This document shows, in pieces, positions 39,076-47,797 of a DNA stretch of 64,000 bases (its first letter is position 1; every line of letters begins with the position of its first letter). The notes under the pieces were generated by a model. The model was not told where the DNA came from and ran no database searches. It saw only the letters and a list, made by a program, of their open reading frames with translations. The stretch is taken from the NCBI GenBank assembly GCA_963817435.1, contig CAWFNY010000003.1:517065-581064 (forward strand), read 5' to 3'. This DNA is from an uncultured Gemmatimonadales bacterium. GTDB taxonomy: Bacteria; Gemmatimonadota; Gemmatimonadetes; Gemmatimonadales; GWC2-71-9. Position numbers and translations under genes: made by a program.

Positions 39076-39134
39076 TCAAATATGAAACCGTGCCGCGGTC
39101 AAGCCTCCTGGCGGGGGCGCCTAGATTTCGGCCC

Positions 39135-40124
39135 ATGCCGATTCCAGCCCACCACGCCACCGGCGGCGGCTTCCGAAATCCCTGGCCCGGCGCGAACGCC
39201 AAGGGGCTGGGTCAGGTCTTCCGGTGGTATCTCGAGCGGAACACGGTGCGGCGTCCGCCGCCTGATCCGCATCCGTCAGCGTTCGGGGTGCGGGCACCGC
39301 GCTTCGGACAGGCGGGCTCCCCCGGAGATCTCGCGGTGACCTGGCTCGGGCATGCCAGTGCGGTGATCGAGTTTGCGGGGCTCACCCTGCTCACCGATCC
39401 GATCTGGAGCGAGTATCCCGCGCCGGTGCCGATTCCGCGGCTCCGCCGCTGGGTGCGGCCTCCGGTGGCGCTCGAGCAGCTGCCGGCCATCGATCTCGTG
39501 CTGATTTCGCACAACCACTACGACCATCTCGATGCGCCGACCGTGCGGGCGCTCGCGCGCCGATACCCGTCGGTGCAATGGATCACGCCGCTCGGTGTGG
39601 GCGGGCTGCTCCGGCAGCTCGGGGCGACGCGGGTGCGGGAACTCGACTGGTGGGAGGAAATCGATGCGGCGGGTGCGACGATCGGCTGCACCCCCGCGCA
39701 GCACTTCAGCGCGCGCGGCGTGCATGACCGGAATCGCACGCTGTGGAGCGGGTTCAGCGTTCGCAGCGGGGGAAGGGCGATCTACTTCGCGGGCGACACC
39801 GGCCTGCACCCCGAGTTTGCCGGGATCGGGCAGCGCTTCGGTCCGTTCGATGTCGTCCTGCTGCCGGTGGGGGCCTATGAGCCGCGCTGGTTCATGCAGC
39901 CGATGCACATGAATCCCGAGGATGCGCTGCTGGCGCTCGATGCCCTGGCGAGCGGCATCATGGTGCCGATCCACTGGGGCACCTTCAAACTCACCGACGA
40001 ACCGATGGACGAACCACCTAGGCGGACCAGAGAACGATGGACGGCTTCAGGCCGCGCCCCAGGCGGGCTGTGGCTGCTCGAACACGGTGAGACCCGGCTG
40101 CTCGGTTCGGCGGCCGGGGGCTGA
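39135..40124 (+). CDS. MBL-fold metallo-hydrolase (NAPE-PLD-like subfamily)
   Basis: C-terminal third of ORF 37683..40124. ATG at 39135. LISHNHYDHLD metal motif, FAGDTG, PIHWGTF. Confidence 0.8.
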   Translation: MPIPAHHATGGGFRNPWPGANAKGLGQVFRWYLERNTVRRPPPDPHPSAFGVRAPRFGQAGSPGDLAVTWLGHASAVIEFAGLTLLTDPIWSEYPAPVPIPRLRRWVRPPVALEQLPAIDLVLISHNHYDHLDAPTVRALARRYPSVQWITPLGVGGLLRQLGATRVRELDWWEEIDAAGATIGCTPAQHFSARGVHDRNRTLWSGFSVRSGGRAIYFAGDTGLHPEFAGIGQRFGPFDVVLLPVGAYEPRWFMQPMHMNPEDALLALDALASGIMVPIHWGTFKLTDEPMDEPPRRTRERWTASGRAPGGLWLLEHGETRLLGSAAGG

Positions 40125-40136
40125 CACGAAGCCGCG

Positions 40137-40616
40137 TCAGCCCAGCAGCGGCTCGAGATCGCGCTCGATCTTCTCCGGCGAGTCGCTAGGCGCGTACCGG
40201 TGCAGTACCTCGCCGTCCGGTCCCACCAGGAATTTGGTGAAGTTCCACTTGATGCTCTCGGTCCCGAGCAGCCCAGTCTTCTCCGCGCGCAGGTACCTAT
40301 AGAGCGGGTGGGCGTTGTCGCCGTTCACCTCGACCTTGGCGAACATCGGAAAGGTGACGTCGTAGGTGGTCGAGCAGAACTGCTTGATCTCCGCCTCGTC
40401 CCCTGGCTCCTGGTTGCCGAACTGGTCGCAGGGAAACCCCAGGACCGCGAACTTCTGCTTCTTCCGCCGCCGGTAGAGCGCCTCGAGCCCGGCGTACTGC
40501 GGCGTGAAGCCGCACTTGCTCGCGACATTCACGATGAGGAGGACATGCCCGCGATACTGCTCGAGCGTCTGGGTGCGTCCGTCGATGGTGGTGACGGGAA
40601 TCTTGTAGAAATTCAT
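40137..40616 (-). CDS. Glutathione peroxidase family (Cys type)
   Basis: 159 aa. NVASKCGFTPQY, FPCDQFGNQEPG, KWNFTKFLV. Confidence 0.92.
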   Translation of the reverse strand: MNFYKIPVTTIDGRTQTLEQYRGHVLLIVNVASKCGFTPQYAGLEALYRRRKKQKFAVLGFPCDQFGNQEPGDEAEIKQFCSTTYDVTFPMFAKVEVNGDNAHPLYRYLRAEKTGLLGTESIKWNFTKFLVGPDGEVLHRYAPSDSPEKIERDLEPLLG

Positions 40617-40641
40617 GGCCGCAGTCTGGGTGTAAGTCGGG

Positions 40642-40959
40642 TCATCCGGTGAGTCGATCCCCGGTCCACCACCGCCGTCGCTTCGGCTCGGTGAGGGCGC
40701 GGAAGGGATTCACGACAAGGGTGTCGTCACCCTGGTCGGGCCGGAACGGCGGAAGCATCAGGAAGCCCAGTCCCAGGAGGGCGACGAGGGCGCCGGCGAT
40801 CAGCGAGACGCGATCGATCACCGGGGTAACGCCGGGCGGGGCGGGGATGCCGAGCCCGACGGTGGTCACCACGACGGCACCGGCAAAGGTGGCGCCGAGG
40901 CCGAGCAGCCGCATCAGCACGTTGAAGGCGCGCCAGTAGAAGGGATCGGCCGTGGTCAT
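40642..40959 (-). CDS. Hypothetical membrane protein
   Basis: ORF 40642..41040. ATG at 40959. Two hydrophobic helices. No recognisable family. Confidence 0.4.
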   Translation of the reverse strand: MTTADPFYWRAFNVLMRLLGLGATFAGAVVVTTVGLGIPAPPGVTPVIDRVSLIAGALVALLGLGFLMLPPFRPDQGDDTLVVNPFRALTEPKRRRWWTGDRLTG

Positions 40960-41051
40960 GGCGCGAATTGGTCGAGCAGCATGGGGTGCGAATGCGGTGG
41001 AGCAATCATGGCAACTCAACGGTGAACGTGGCGGGGACACCGGAAACGGCG

Positions 41052-41486
41052 CTAGCCCTGGCCCCAGTGCCCCGCCGTCTCGAGAAAGTCCTGGCCCGCC
41101 TCCGCCGCAATGGCGATCTCCTCGGCCAGCGGCACGGGGCCCAGGCTGAGCTGGCCGGCGATCCGGAAGAAATAATGCTCCAGACCGGGCGGAGTGATGA
41201 CCAGGGCGCGGCCGCCGGCGGGTCCCACCTCGTAGCGGTGTGGCACACCCGCCGGAATCACCACGCCATTGCCCGGTCGGGCGATGATCAATTCGTCGCC
41301 ACGATGAAACGTGTACTCGCCAGCGAGCACGTAGAATGACTCGGGTCCCCGCGGGTGCGCGTGAAGTGCAGGTCCGACGTTGCCCGGATGCTGCATCTCG
41401 ACCAGGGCGTATGCACCGCCGGTCTCCGCCGTGGTGAGGCGGATGGTCATCCGGGTGCCGTGGAAGGTGAACGAAACGTTCTTCAT
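41052..41486 (-). CDS. Cupin domain protein
   Basis: 3' part of ORF 41052..43004. ATG at 41486 (MKNVSFTFHGTRM...). HAHPRGPESFYVLAGE...GVPHRY. Confidence 0.7.
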   Translation of the reverse strand: MKNVSFTFHGTRMTIRLTTAETGGAYALVEMQHPGNVGPALHAHPRGPESFYVLAGEYTFHRGDELIIARPGNGVVIPAGVPHRYEVGPAGGRALVITPPGLEHYFFRIAGQLSLGPVPLAEEIAIAAEAGQDFLETAGHWGQG

Positions 41487-41635
41487 CCGGGACAATGTAC
41501 CTTGCGATCTCGCATCCGTGACTCGCCAGGGACCAGGAGGCGCCTCCCGGCTGCTTCGATAAGGCGCTGGTGGAAGATGCCTGAATCTAGCCCGCTCCCC
41601 GCCCGGCGCGATGGACGTCGATCCCGCTCCCGCCG

Positions 41636-42745
41636 CTATTCCAGCGTCTTGTGAAACCGCCGCACGCTCATTGCGACGATCAGCACCGCAAATGCGCACA
41701 GCACCACGAACTCCGGCCAGAGCGCACTCATCCCCACGCCCTTGAGCAGGATACCGCGGAGGATCTCGAGGAAGTAGGTCAGCGGCAACGTCAGCCCGAT
41801 CCATTGGGCCACGAGCGGCATCGCCGCGCGCGGAAACATGAAACCGGAGAGCAGGATGTTCGGCATGATGAACATGAACCCCGCCTGCATCGCCTGCGCC
41901 TGGGTCCGGACCAGCGTGGAGAAGAAGAGGCCCAGGCCAAGGCTCGCCACGATGAACGGGAACGCGAGCAGATAGAGCAGTGGAATGCTGCCGCGCAGCG
42001 GCACGTCGAAGAGGACCCGCCCGAGCAGGATCACCACCGTCATCTGGATGTAGCCGACCAGCAGGAACGGCACGATCTTGCCGAGCATGAGACTGGTACG
42101 ATCGATCGGCGTGACGATCAGCTGCTCCAGCGTGCCGCGTTCCCGCTCCCGTACCACGGCCATGGCGTTGATGATGATCATGGTCATCGAGAGCAGCACG
42201 CCGATGATGCCTGGCACGATGTAGGTGGAGCTGTCGAGCATCGGGTTGTACCAGGGGCGCACCTTGAGCGTGACCGGCACGCTCGGTGGCACGATGTTGT
42301 CCGGATGAAAGGCCAGCCCCGCCTGCGCCGCACCCTGCAGTGCGGCCTGGGAGGCGAGGGGATCGGCTGCGTCGACGATCACCTGCGCCGTCGCGCCGCG
42401 ATGGCGCTTGAGGTCCCGGGTGAATTCCTGCGGGATGACGACTGCCGCGGCGGCGTCTCCGCTGCCGATCCTTGCCACGATCTCGTCCCGGCCCCGCACC
42501 TCCCCCACGATGTCGAAATAGCTCGAGTTGACCAGCGTTGCCACAAGGGCCCGGCTCTCGCTGGTGCGTGCCTCGTCGAGCACCAGCGTGGGCAGGTGCC
42601 GGACCTCGGTCTGAATCGCGAAGCCGAACAGGGCGAGCTGGATCGCGGGGATGCCGATCATCATCCCCAGCGTGAGCCGGTCGCGCCGCATCTGGATGAA
42701 CTCCTTGCGGAGCATCGCCCAGAACGGCCACTGGCGGAAGGTCAT
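41636..42745 (-). CDS. ABC-2 type transporter permease
   Basis: ORF 41636..42862. ATG at 42745 (MTFRQWPFWAMLRKEFIQMRRDR) overlaps the ATPase stop (ATGA). YbhR/YbhS-like layout with a periplasmic loop and 5 C-terminal TMs. Confidence 0.88.
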   Translation of the reverse strand: MTFRQWPFWAMLRKEFIQMRRDRLTLGMMIGIPAIQLALFGFAIQTEVRHLPTLVLDEARTSESRALVATLVNSSYFDIVGEVRGRDEIVARIGSGDAAAAVVIPQEFTRDLKRHRGATAQVIVDAADPLASQAALQGAAQAGLAFHPDNIVPPSVPVTLKVRPWYNPMLDSSTYIVPGIIGVLLSMTMIIINAMAVVRERERGTLEQLIVTPIDRTSLMLGKIVPFLLVGYIQMTVVILLGRVLFDVPLRGSIPLLYLLAFPFIVASLGLGLFFSTLVRTQAQAMQAGFMFIMPNILLSGFMFPRAAMPLVAQWIGLTLPLTYFLEILRGILLKGVGMSALWPEFVVLCAFAVLIVAMSVRRFHKTLE

Positions 42746-43494
42746 GCGGCGTCCTCCGAATCCTTCTCCTGCAGCGCGATGAAGGCATCTTCGAGCGTCG
42801 GCTGGCCCAGCTGCGCGGTGATCTCGTGCGGCGCGCCCATCGCGACCAGCCGCCCCCGCCACAGCATGGCGAGCCGCTCGCAGCGCTCGGCCTCGTCCAT
42901 GTAATGTGTGGTGACGAGGATCGTGGTCCCGCCGCCGGCGAGCGCGCGGATGATCTCCCAGAAGTGGCGCCGCGCGGCGGGATCCACGCCGGCGGTCGGC
43001 TCATCGAGAAAGAGCACGTCGGGCCGGTGCGAGGTGGCGCAGGCGAGCGAGAGCCGCTGCTTCCAGCCGCCGGAGAGCGTCCCCGCGAGCTGCCGCCGCC
43101 GCGGCGCGAAGTTCAGCTCGGCGATCAGCTCCTCGACCCGCTGCTTCCCTTCGGCGCCGACCAGCCCGTACACGCCGGCGTAGAAGCGCAGGTTCTCCTC
43201 GACGGTGAGGTCGTCGTAGAGCCCGTAGCGCTGCGACATGTAGCCGATCCGGCGGCGCACCGCCTCCGGGTCCCTGGTGACATCGATGCCGGCGACCTCC
43301 GCGCGGCCGGTGGTGGGCGGCAGGAGTCCGGTGAGCATCCGGATGGTCGTGGTCTTGCCGCTGCCGTTGGCGCCTAACAGTCCGAAGATCTCGCCCTTCC
43401 GCACCGAGAGGTCCAGCCGCTCGACGGCGATGAGGTCGCCGAAGCGCTTGTGCAGCGCCTCGGTGAGAATGGCGACCGGGACGGGCGTGCTCAC
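42742..43494 (-). CDS. ABC transporter ATP-binding protein
   Basis: GTG at 43494 overlaps the HlyD stop. Walker A GANGSGKTT, signature LSGGWKQR, Walker B LFLDEPT. Confidence 0.92.
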   Translation of the reverse strand: MSTPVPVAILTEALHKRFGDLIAVERLDLSVRKGEIFGLLGANGSGKTTTIRMLTGLLPPTTGRAEVAGIDVTRDPEAVRRRIGYMSQRYGLYDDLTVEENLRFYAGVYGLVGAEGKQRVEELIAELNFAPRRRQLAGTLSGGWKQRLSLACATSHRPDVLFLDEPTAGVDPAARRHFWEIIRALAGGGTTILVTTHYMDEAERCERLAMLWRGRLVAMGAPHEITAQLGQPTLEDAFIALQEKDSEDAA

Positions 43495-44468
43495 GGCTTC
43501 GCCGCCGGCTCGAACCGCACGGTCACCGGAAGGCCCGGCCGCACGGTGGCGGGGGGATGGTCGAGTTCCACCCGGGAAGCGAACAGCAGGTCGGCGCGCT
43601 CTTCCTCGGTCAGCGCCGCGCGTGGCGTGAACTCCGCCTTGGCGCTGACCGCGCCGAGCCGCCCGGTGAACCCTTCCGCCGCGGTGCCGCCCGCCCGGAT
43701 GACGGTCGCGCTGCTGCCGCGCGGCAGCCCCACCACGATCTTCGCCGGCAGATAGACCCGCACCCACGGATGGGCGACCTCGCCGATCGTGACGAGCGGA
43801 GTCCCCGCCGCGACGACCTCACCGGGATCGGCGTGCCGCCCGAGCACGACCCCGTCCACCGCCGCGAGTACCGCGAGCTCGCTGACGTCCGCCGTTGCTC
43901 CCTTGAACAGCGCCTCGGCACTCCGTACCTCCGCCTCCGCGGCCCGGACCTGGTCGTCCCGCGTCCCCTCGCGCGCAAGCTGCAGCGTCGCCCTGGCGGC
44001 GTCGCGTCGCCGCGCCGAAGTCTCCGCGAGGGTTTGCGCGCGATCGAATTCCTGCTGCGGGATCACCCCGTTCTTCACCAGCTGATCGGCACGTGCGAGC
44101 TCGCGGGCGGTGCGATCGGCGTCCGCCTCCGCCGCGGCGAGGTCCGCCGCTGCCCGGTCGAGTTCGGCCGAGCGGGAACCGCGCCGGAGATCCTCGAGCC
44201 TCGCCCGCGCGGCGGCCAGCCGGGCGCGGCGATCCTCGAGCGTGGCCGGAATCGCGGACTGGGTCAGCACCGCGAGGGTGTCGCCGGTGTGCACGCTGTC
44301 GCCCTCGTCGACGCGGACGGAGACGATGCGTCCAGCGACCAGCGGTGCGGCATCCGATTCGTCCACTTCGACCGTGCCGGGGAAGGCGGTGGCGCGATCG
44401 TCGTCGCGGCCGCAGCCAGACGCGGCAGCTAGGAGGAGCAGCAGAACGGCGGGGGGTCGGTGTGTCAT
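43491..44468 (-). CDS. HlyD-family periplasmic adaptor lipoprotein
   Basis: 325 aa. Lipobox AASGC. Lipoyl-like VAGRIVSVRVDEGDSVHTGDTL. Long Ala/Arg coiled coil. Confidence 0.88.
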   Translation of the reverse strand: MTHRPPAVLLLLLAAASGCGRDDDRATAFPGTVEVDESDAAPLVAGRIVSVRVDEGDSVHTGDTLAVLTQSAIPATLEDRRARLAAARARLEDLRRGSRSAELDRAAADLAAAEADADRTARELARADQLVKNGVIPQQEFDRAQTLAETSARRRDAARATLQLAREGTRDDQVRAAEAEVRSAEALFKGATADVSELAVLAAVDGVVLGRHADPGEVVAAGTPLVTIGEVAHPWVRVYLPAKIVVGLPRGSSATVIRAGGTAAEGFTGRLGAVSAKAEFTPRAALTEEERADLLFASRVELDHPPATVRPGLPVTVRFEPAAKP

Positions 44469-45124
44469 GGGCGGACTCGCTTGCGCGCAGGCGGCGCGGG
44501 GGCGGACTCACCGGCCGGCAGCAGCGCGGCGAGGGAGAAGGTGACGGCGTGGTCGATGTACCGCTCCACCTGCGCCGGCGGAATGGTGCCCTCATGGCCC
44601 AGCATCCGGGAGACCGCGGGCTTGGCGACGAAGAACCAGGCCATCTGGGAGACCAGCGAAATCGCGGTGAAGCGCGGATCGAGGTCGGCGCGGATCGCTC
44701 CGCTCTTCTGCGCGGCGCGGATCAGGTCGCAGATCCGCCGGAACAGCCCGGCGGCGATCTCACGGATCAGCGGCAGCGCATGCTCCGCCTCATGGTCGGC
44801 GAATTCGCGGGCGAGGAGGCGGGGCAGCTGGGGCGCGCTCTGCATCACGCCGGCGTAGCCGCGGAGGATCCGTTCGATCGCCTCGAGGGGCGGGAGCCCG
44901 TCCGGCAGGTCGGAGGCCATCCGGCGGGCGAAGCTGCCGAGCCGGCGCTCCAGCACCGCATGATAGAGGCGGCCCTTGTCGGGGAAGTAGTAGTAGAGGA
45001 GGGCGGGGTTCACCCCGGCCTCGGCGCCGATCGCCTTGATGGTCGTTGCGGCAAAGCCCTGCCGGGCGAAGAGCGCTTCGGCGGCGTCGAGGAGGGCGAT
45101 CCGGGTGTCAGGGGTCTCGGGCAC
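44465..45124 (-). CDS. TetR-family transcriptional regulator
   Basis: 219 aa (GTG start). HTH LLDAAEALFARQGFAATTIKAIGAEAGVNPALLYYYF. ATGA overlap with the HlyD start. Confidence 0.9.
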   Translation of the reverse strand: MPETPDTRIALLDAAEALFARQGFAATTIKAIGAEAGVNPALLYYYFPDKGRLYHAVLERRLGSFARRMASDLPDGLPPLEAIERILRGYAGVMQSAPQLPRLLAREFADHEAEHALPLIREIAAGLFRRICDLIRAAQKSGAIRADLDPRFTAISLVSQMAWFFVAKPAVSRMLGHEGTIPPAQVERYIDHAVTFSLAALLPAGESAPAPPARKRVRP

Positions 45125-45128
45125 GCGA

Positions 45129-45154
45129 GATAATTAATCAACCAATTAATTCAG
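45129..45154. promoter_or_regulatory. AT-rich double ATTAAT motif upstream of tetR (candidate operator/promoter)
   Basis: gATAATTAATCAACCAATTAATTCAg, immediately upstream of the TetR start. It stands out in GC-rich DNA. Confidence 0.45.
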
Positions 45155-45182
45155 GTCAAGCGCCACCCGGTGTCCGGCGGCA

Positions 45183-46283
45183 TCAGCCCGGGATCCGCTG
45201 CCGGATCCAGTCGGGCAGCAGCAGGTCATCGGCGATCGCGGCGATCTCTTCCGCCTCCTTCCACGCATGCGCGAGCACGGAGAGGTGGGCGGAGAGAAAG
45301 AGGCGCTCCTGCTCCTCGTGGGCGGCCATCTCGAGGGCGAGGCGTTGGTAGGGACGCAGCCTGGCCAGGGGGAAGCTCTGGAGGAAGGGGTCGAGCTCAC
45401 CGCTGCGTCCCGGGCGCCGTCGCGTCTGCCCTTCGCGATAGGCCGACCGCTCCTCCGCATCACGGGCGACGGAGCTCGGATCGAGCAGGAAGGGATTGCC
45501 GTAGACGTCGATCCAGTCGACGGCTTCGCGGATCTCGTCCTTCGAACCATCGGTGCGATTGAGCGATGCCAGTGCGACGGCGGCGAGATGCACCGCGAGG
45601 TCACCTTCGAGAGAGGCCGCGGGCGGCAGGTGTCGTCGGGTGTTGTGCGTCACGCCCGTGTCGGCGTTCTGGCCGGGCGCCTCCGGGTGCAGGATCAGTC
45701 GCGCGGGTGAAGCGTCCTCCGGCGGCCTCCACTCGAGCCGCCAGAGATCGCCATGCCGTACGACGAGCGGACCGGAGGGCTGCTCGATCCGGTGGACGAT
45801 GCGCCGGTTCCTGATCCGCTTCCGGATCCCGTTCAGCAGGTTGTACGTCCACCACGCGCCGCCGCCGACACCAAACCCGATGCCGAGCCCCGCCACGGAG
45901 GCCACGATGCCGGTCGTGGTCACCGCGCCAACGACGAGCGCGCGCCGCCTCCGCCTGACAATCTGGTCGGTATACCGCCAGGCCGCGAACTCCGGCCGGA
46001 GCGGATCGCCGATCCGGACCAGCTCGGTGCCGTCGCGCAACCTTGCCAGTCCGATGTTGTCGGTGGAGACCCGGATCCGGGTCCCGCGGAAGAGTCGCTC
46101 GCACTGCTCGATCGCTTCCCAGCGCTCGTCGAGCGGGGCGAGGTTCCACCGGCCGCATGAGGCACAGACGACCCAGAGCCGCCCCTTGGCGGCATCGAAC
46201 GCGAGTCGCTTGCCGACAGGAAAGGCCTCGACCTGGTCGTTGCCGCCCAGCGCGTGGTGGCAGTAGAGGCAGGTCGCGTACAT
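45183..46283 (-). CDS. Hypothetical protein with an N-terminal CxxC...CxxC zinc ribbon and a central TM segment
   Basis: ORF 45183..46574. ATG at 46283 (MYATCLYCHH...VVCASCGRWN). Gly-rich TM VVGAVTTTGIVASVAGLGIGFGVGGGAWW. Confidence 0.6.
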   Translation of the reverse strand: MYATCLYCHHALGGNDQVEAFPVGKRLAFDAAKGRLWVVCASCGRWNLAPLDERWEAIEQCERLFRGTRIRVSTDNIGLARLRDGTELVRIGDPLRPEFAAWRYTDQIVRRRRRALVVGAVTTTGIVASVAGLGIGFGVGGGAWWTYNLLNGIRKRIRNRRIVHRIEQPSGPLVVRHGDLWRLEWRPPEDASPARLILHPEAPGQNADTGVTHNTRRHLPPAASLEGDLAVHLAAVALASLNRTDGSKDEIREAVDWIDVYGNPFLLDPSSVARDAEERSAYREGQTRRRPGRSGELDPFLQSFPLARLRPYQRLALEMAAHEEQERLFLSAHLSVLAHAWKEAEEIAAIADDLLLPDWIRQRIPG

Positions 46284-46285
46284 CG

Positions 46286-46753
46286 CTACCTCACCGCATG
46301 CAGCAGGAGATCGAGGAGGACCAGCAGCACGGCGAGCGTGAGCAGCAGCGTGAGCAGGAGCCCCGCCGCGAGGCCGATGAAGATCCAGCGGCTCGCCGCG
46401 CGGGTCGCGGCCGGGCGCTCGTGCCACTGCTCCAGCAGGCGGAGATTGCGGAGGTTGCCCTTGAAGCCGAGATCGAAGAGATCGCCGGCGATGGGAACGG
46501 TGCCGATGACCGTCTCGAGGGCGAGATTGAGGAGCATCCGCGCGAGAATCACCAGCGGAGCGCCCAGTCGCCATCCCGCGTAGAGGCCGTAGCCGCCGAT
46601 GGCGCCCGCGATGCCGTCCCCCAGGCCGGGCAGAAGCCCGATCACCGTATCCCAGCCGAAGCGCAGCGAGGTGCCGGGCAGGCGCCAGCGTGCGTCGAGC
46701 GCGGTGGCGATGGCGCGAAATCGCCGGAGCTCGCGCGGATCCGGCTGGCGCAT
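46286..46753 (-). CDS. DUF4112 domain membrane protein
   Basis: 155 aa. LPGTSLRFGWDTVIGLLPGLGDGIAGAIG and IPIAGDLFDLGFKGNLRN, as I recall for DUF4112. Confidence 0.7.
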   Translation of the reverse strand: MRQPDPRELRRFRAIATALDARWRLPGTSLRFGWDTVIGLLPGLGDGIAGAIGGYGLYAGWRLGAPLVILARMLLNLALETVIGTVPIAGDLFDLGFKGNLRNLRLLEQWHERPAATRAASRWIFIGLAAGLLLTLLLTLAVLLVLLDLLLHAVR

Positions 46754-46870
46754 GGGCCTACCGGGAGGAAGTGTGGTGCGCGGCGGCTGCCCTGGCTCGG
46801 GCCCAGGGGACGCTCCCGGACCCGGTGCCAGCGGTCATCCGCGCCCGGCTGGAGCCTGCGTCCGGATGTC

Positions 46871-47797
46871 TCACGGCTTGAACCGCTCCGCCCCTGGAGC
46901 GGGGTGCCAGGGATGATTGGGCTCGAAGTGGTGCCAGAGCAGGGCCGAGATCCGGCGGATCAGCACCCAACCTTCGTTAGGCGGATCCCAGGTGGTATCC
47001 GTCTGGTCTTTCGTGATGACGCAGAAGACGTAATCGCCGGAGGGCGCGTTCACGAGCGCGACTTCGGACCGCGAATGATCCACCGCCCCGACCTTCGAGG
47101 CGACCTGCACCCACGGCGGCAGCTGGGAGAGCGCCTCGCCGGTCCAGTAGCTGCGCGTCAGATGCCGGTACATCTCCTCGCTCGCCGCGGGGCTGACGGC
47201 CTTGCCGGCGCGGATGAGTTCCAGCAGCCGCGCCATCTCGCGCGGAGTGGTCTGCCCCCAGCCGTAGCGGGTCCGGTCGAGCTCGCGTCCCGGGGTGCGG
47301 CTGTTGACGCGGGTGGCCTCGAAGCCGTGGGACGCGAGCCAGTCATTGATCGTGGTCCCGGTGCCGGCGAGCGCCTGCAGCCAGAGCGAGGCGGTATTGT
47401 CGCTCATGGTGATGCTCAGCAGGGTGAGCTTGCTGAGCGCGAAGGTGCTCGAGTCCTTCGCGGCGCCCAGAATGTCATCCCCTTCATAGAGCAGCGAGTC
47501 GGTGTAGACCAGCTCCTGCTGAAAGCTGAGTTCGTTGCGCTCGAGGCGGTCGAAGATCCCGATGAGAATCGGCACCTTCACCATGCTGGCGGTGGGAAAG
47601 ATCGAATCGGCGTTGATCGCGGCGGTCCGCCCGGAGGGAAGGTGGCGGACGTAGATGCCGATGGTTCCGTGGAAGCCCTCGACCAGGCGCTCCAGTTGCC
47701 GCTGCAGCGGGCGGTCGACGCGCGGACGGGCCTGCGCGGCGACCGGCGCCGCGGCGAGGATCGCGAGCGCGATCCCGCCGAAGCGCCCGAGGCTCAC
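46871..47797 (-). CDS. Class A beta-lactamase-related serine hydrolase, secreted
   Basis: 308 aa. SMVK (SxxK), SDN, KVG (KTG-like). Signal peptide. Confidence 0.8.
   Translation of the reverse strand: MSLGRFGGIALAILAAAPVAAQARPRVDRPLQRQLERLVEGFHGTIGIYVRHLPSGRTAAINADSIFPTASMVKVPILIGIFDRLERNELSFQQELVYTDSLLYEGDDILGAAKDSSTFALSKLTLLSITMSDNTASLWLQALAGTGTTINDWLASHGFEATRVNSRTPGRELDRTRYGWGQTTPREMARLLELIRAGKAVSPAASEEMYRHLTRSYWTGEALSQLPPWVQVASKVGAVDHSRSEVALVNAPSGDYVFCVITKDQTDTTWDPPNEGWVLIRRISALLWHHFEPNHPWHPAPGAERFKP

Noticed and set aside
37683-40124. 813-aa plus-strand ORF spanning the cupin, SahR-like and MBL regions.
   Set aside because: Only the last 329 aa (from ATG 39135) show MBL-hydrolase motifs. 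The 5' two-thirds is antisense to two well-supported minus-strand genes.
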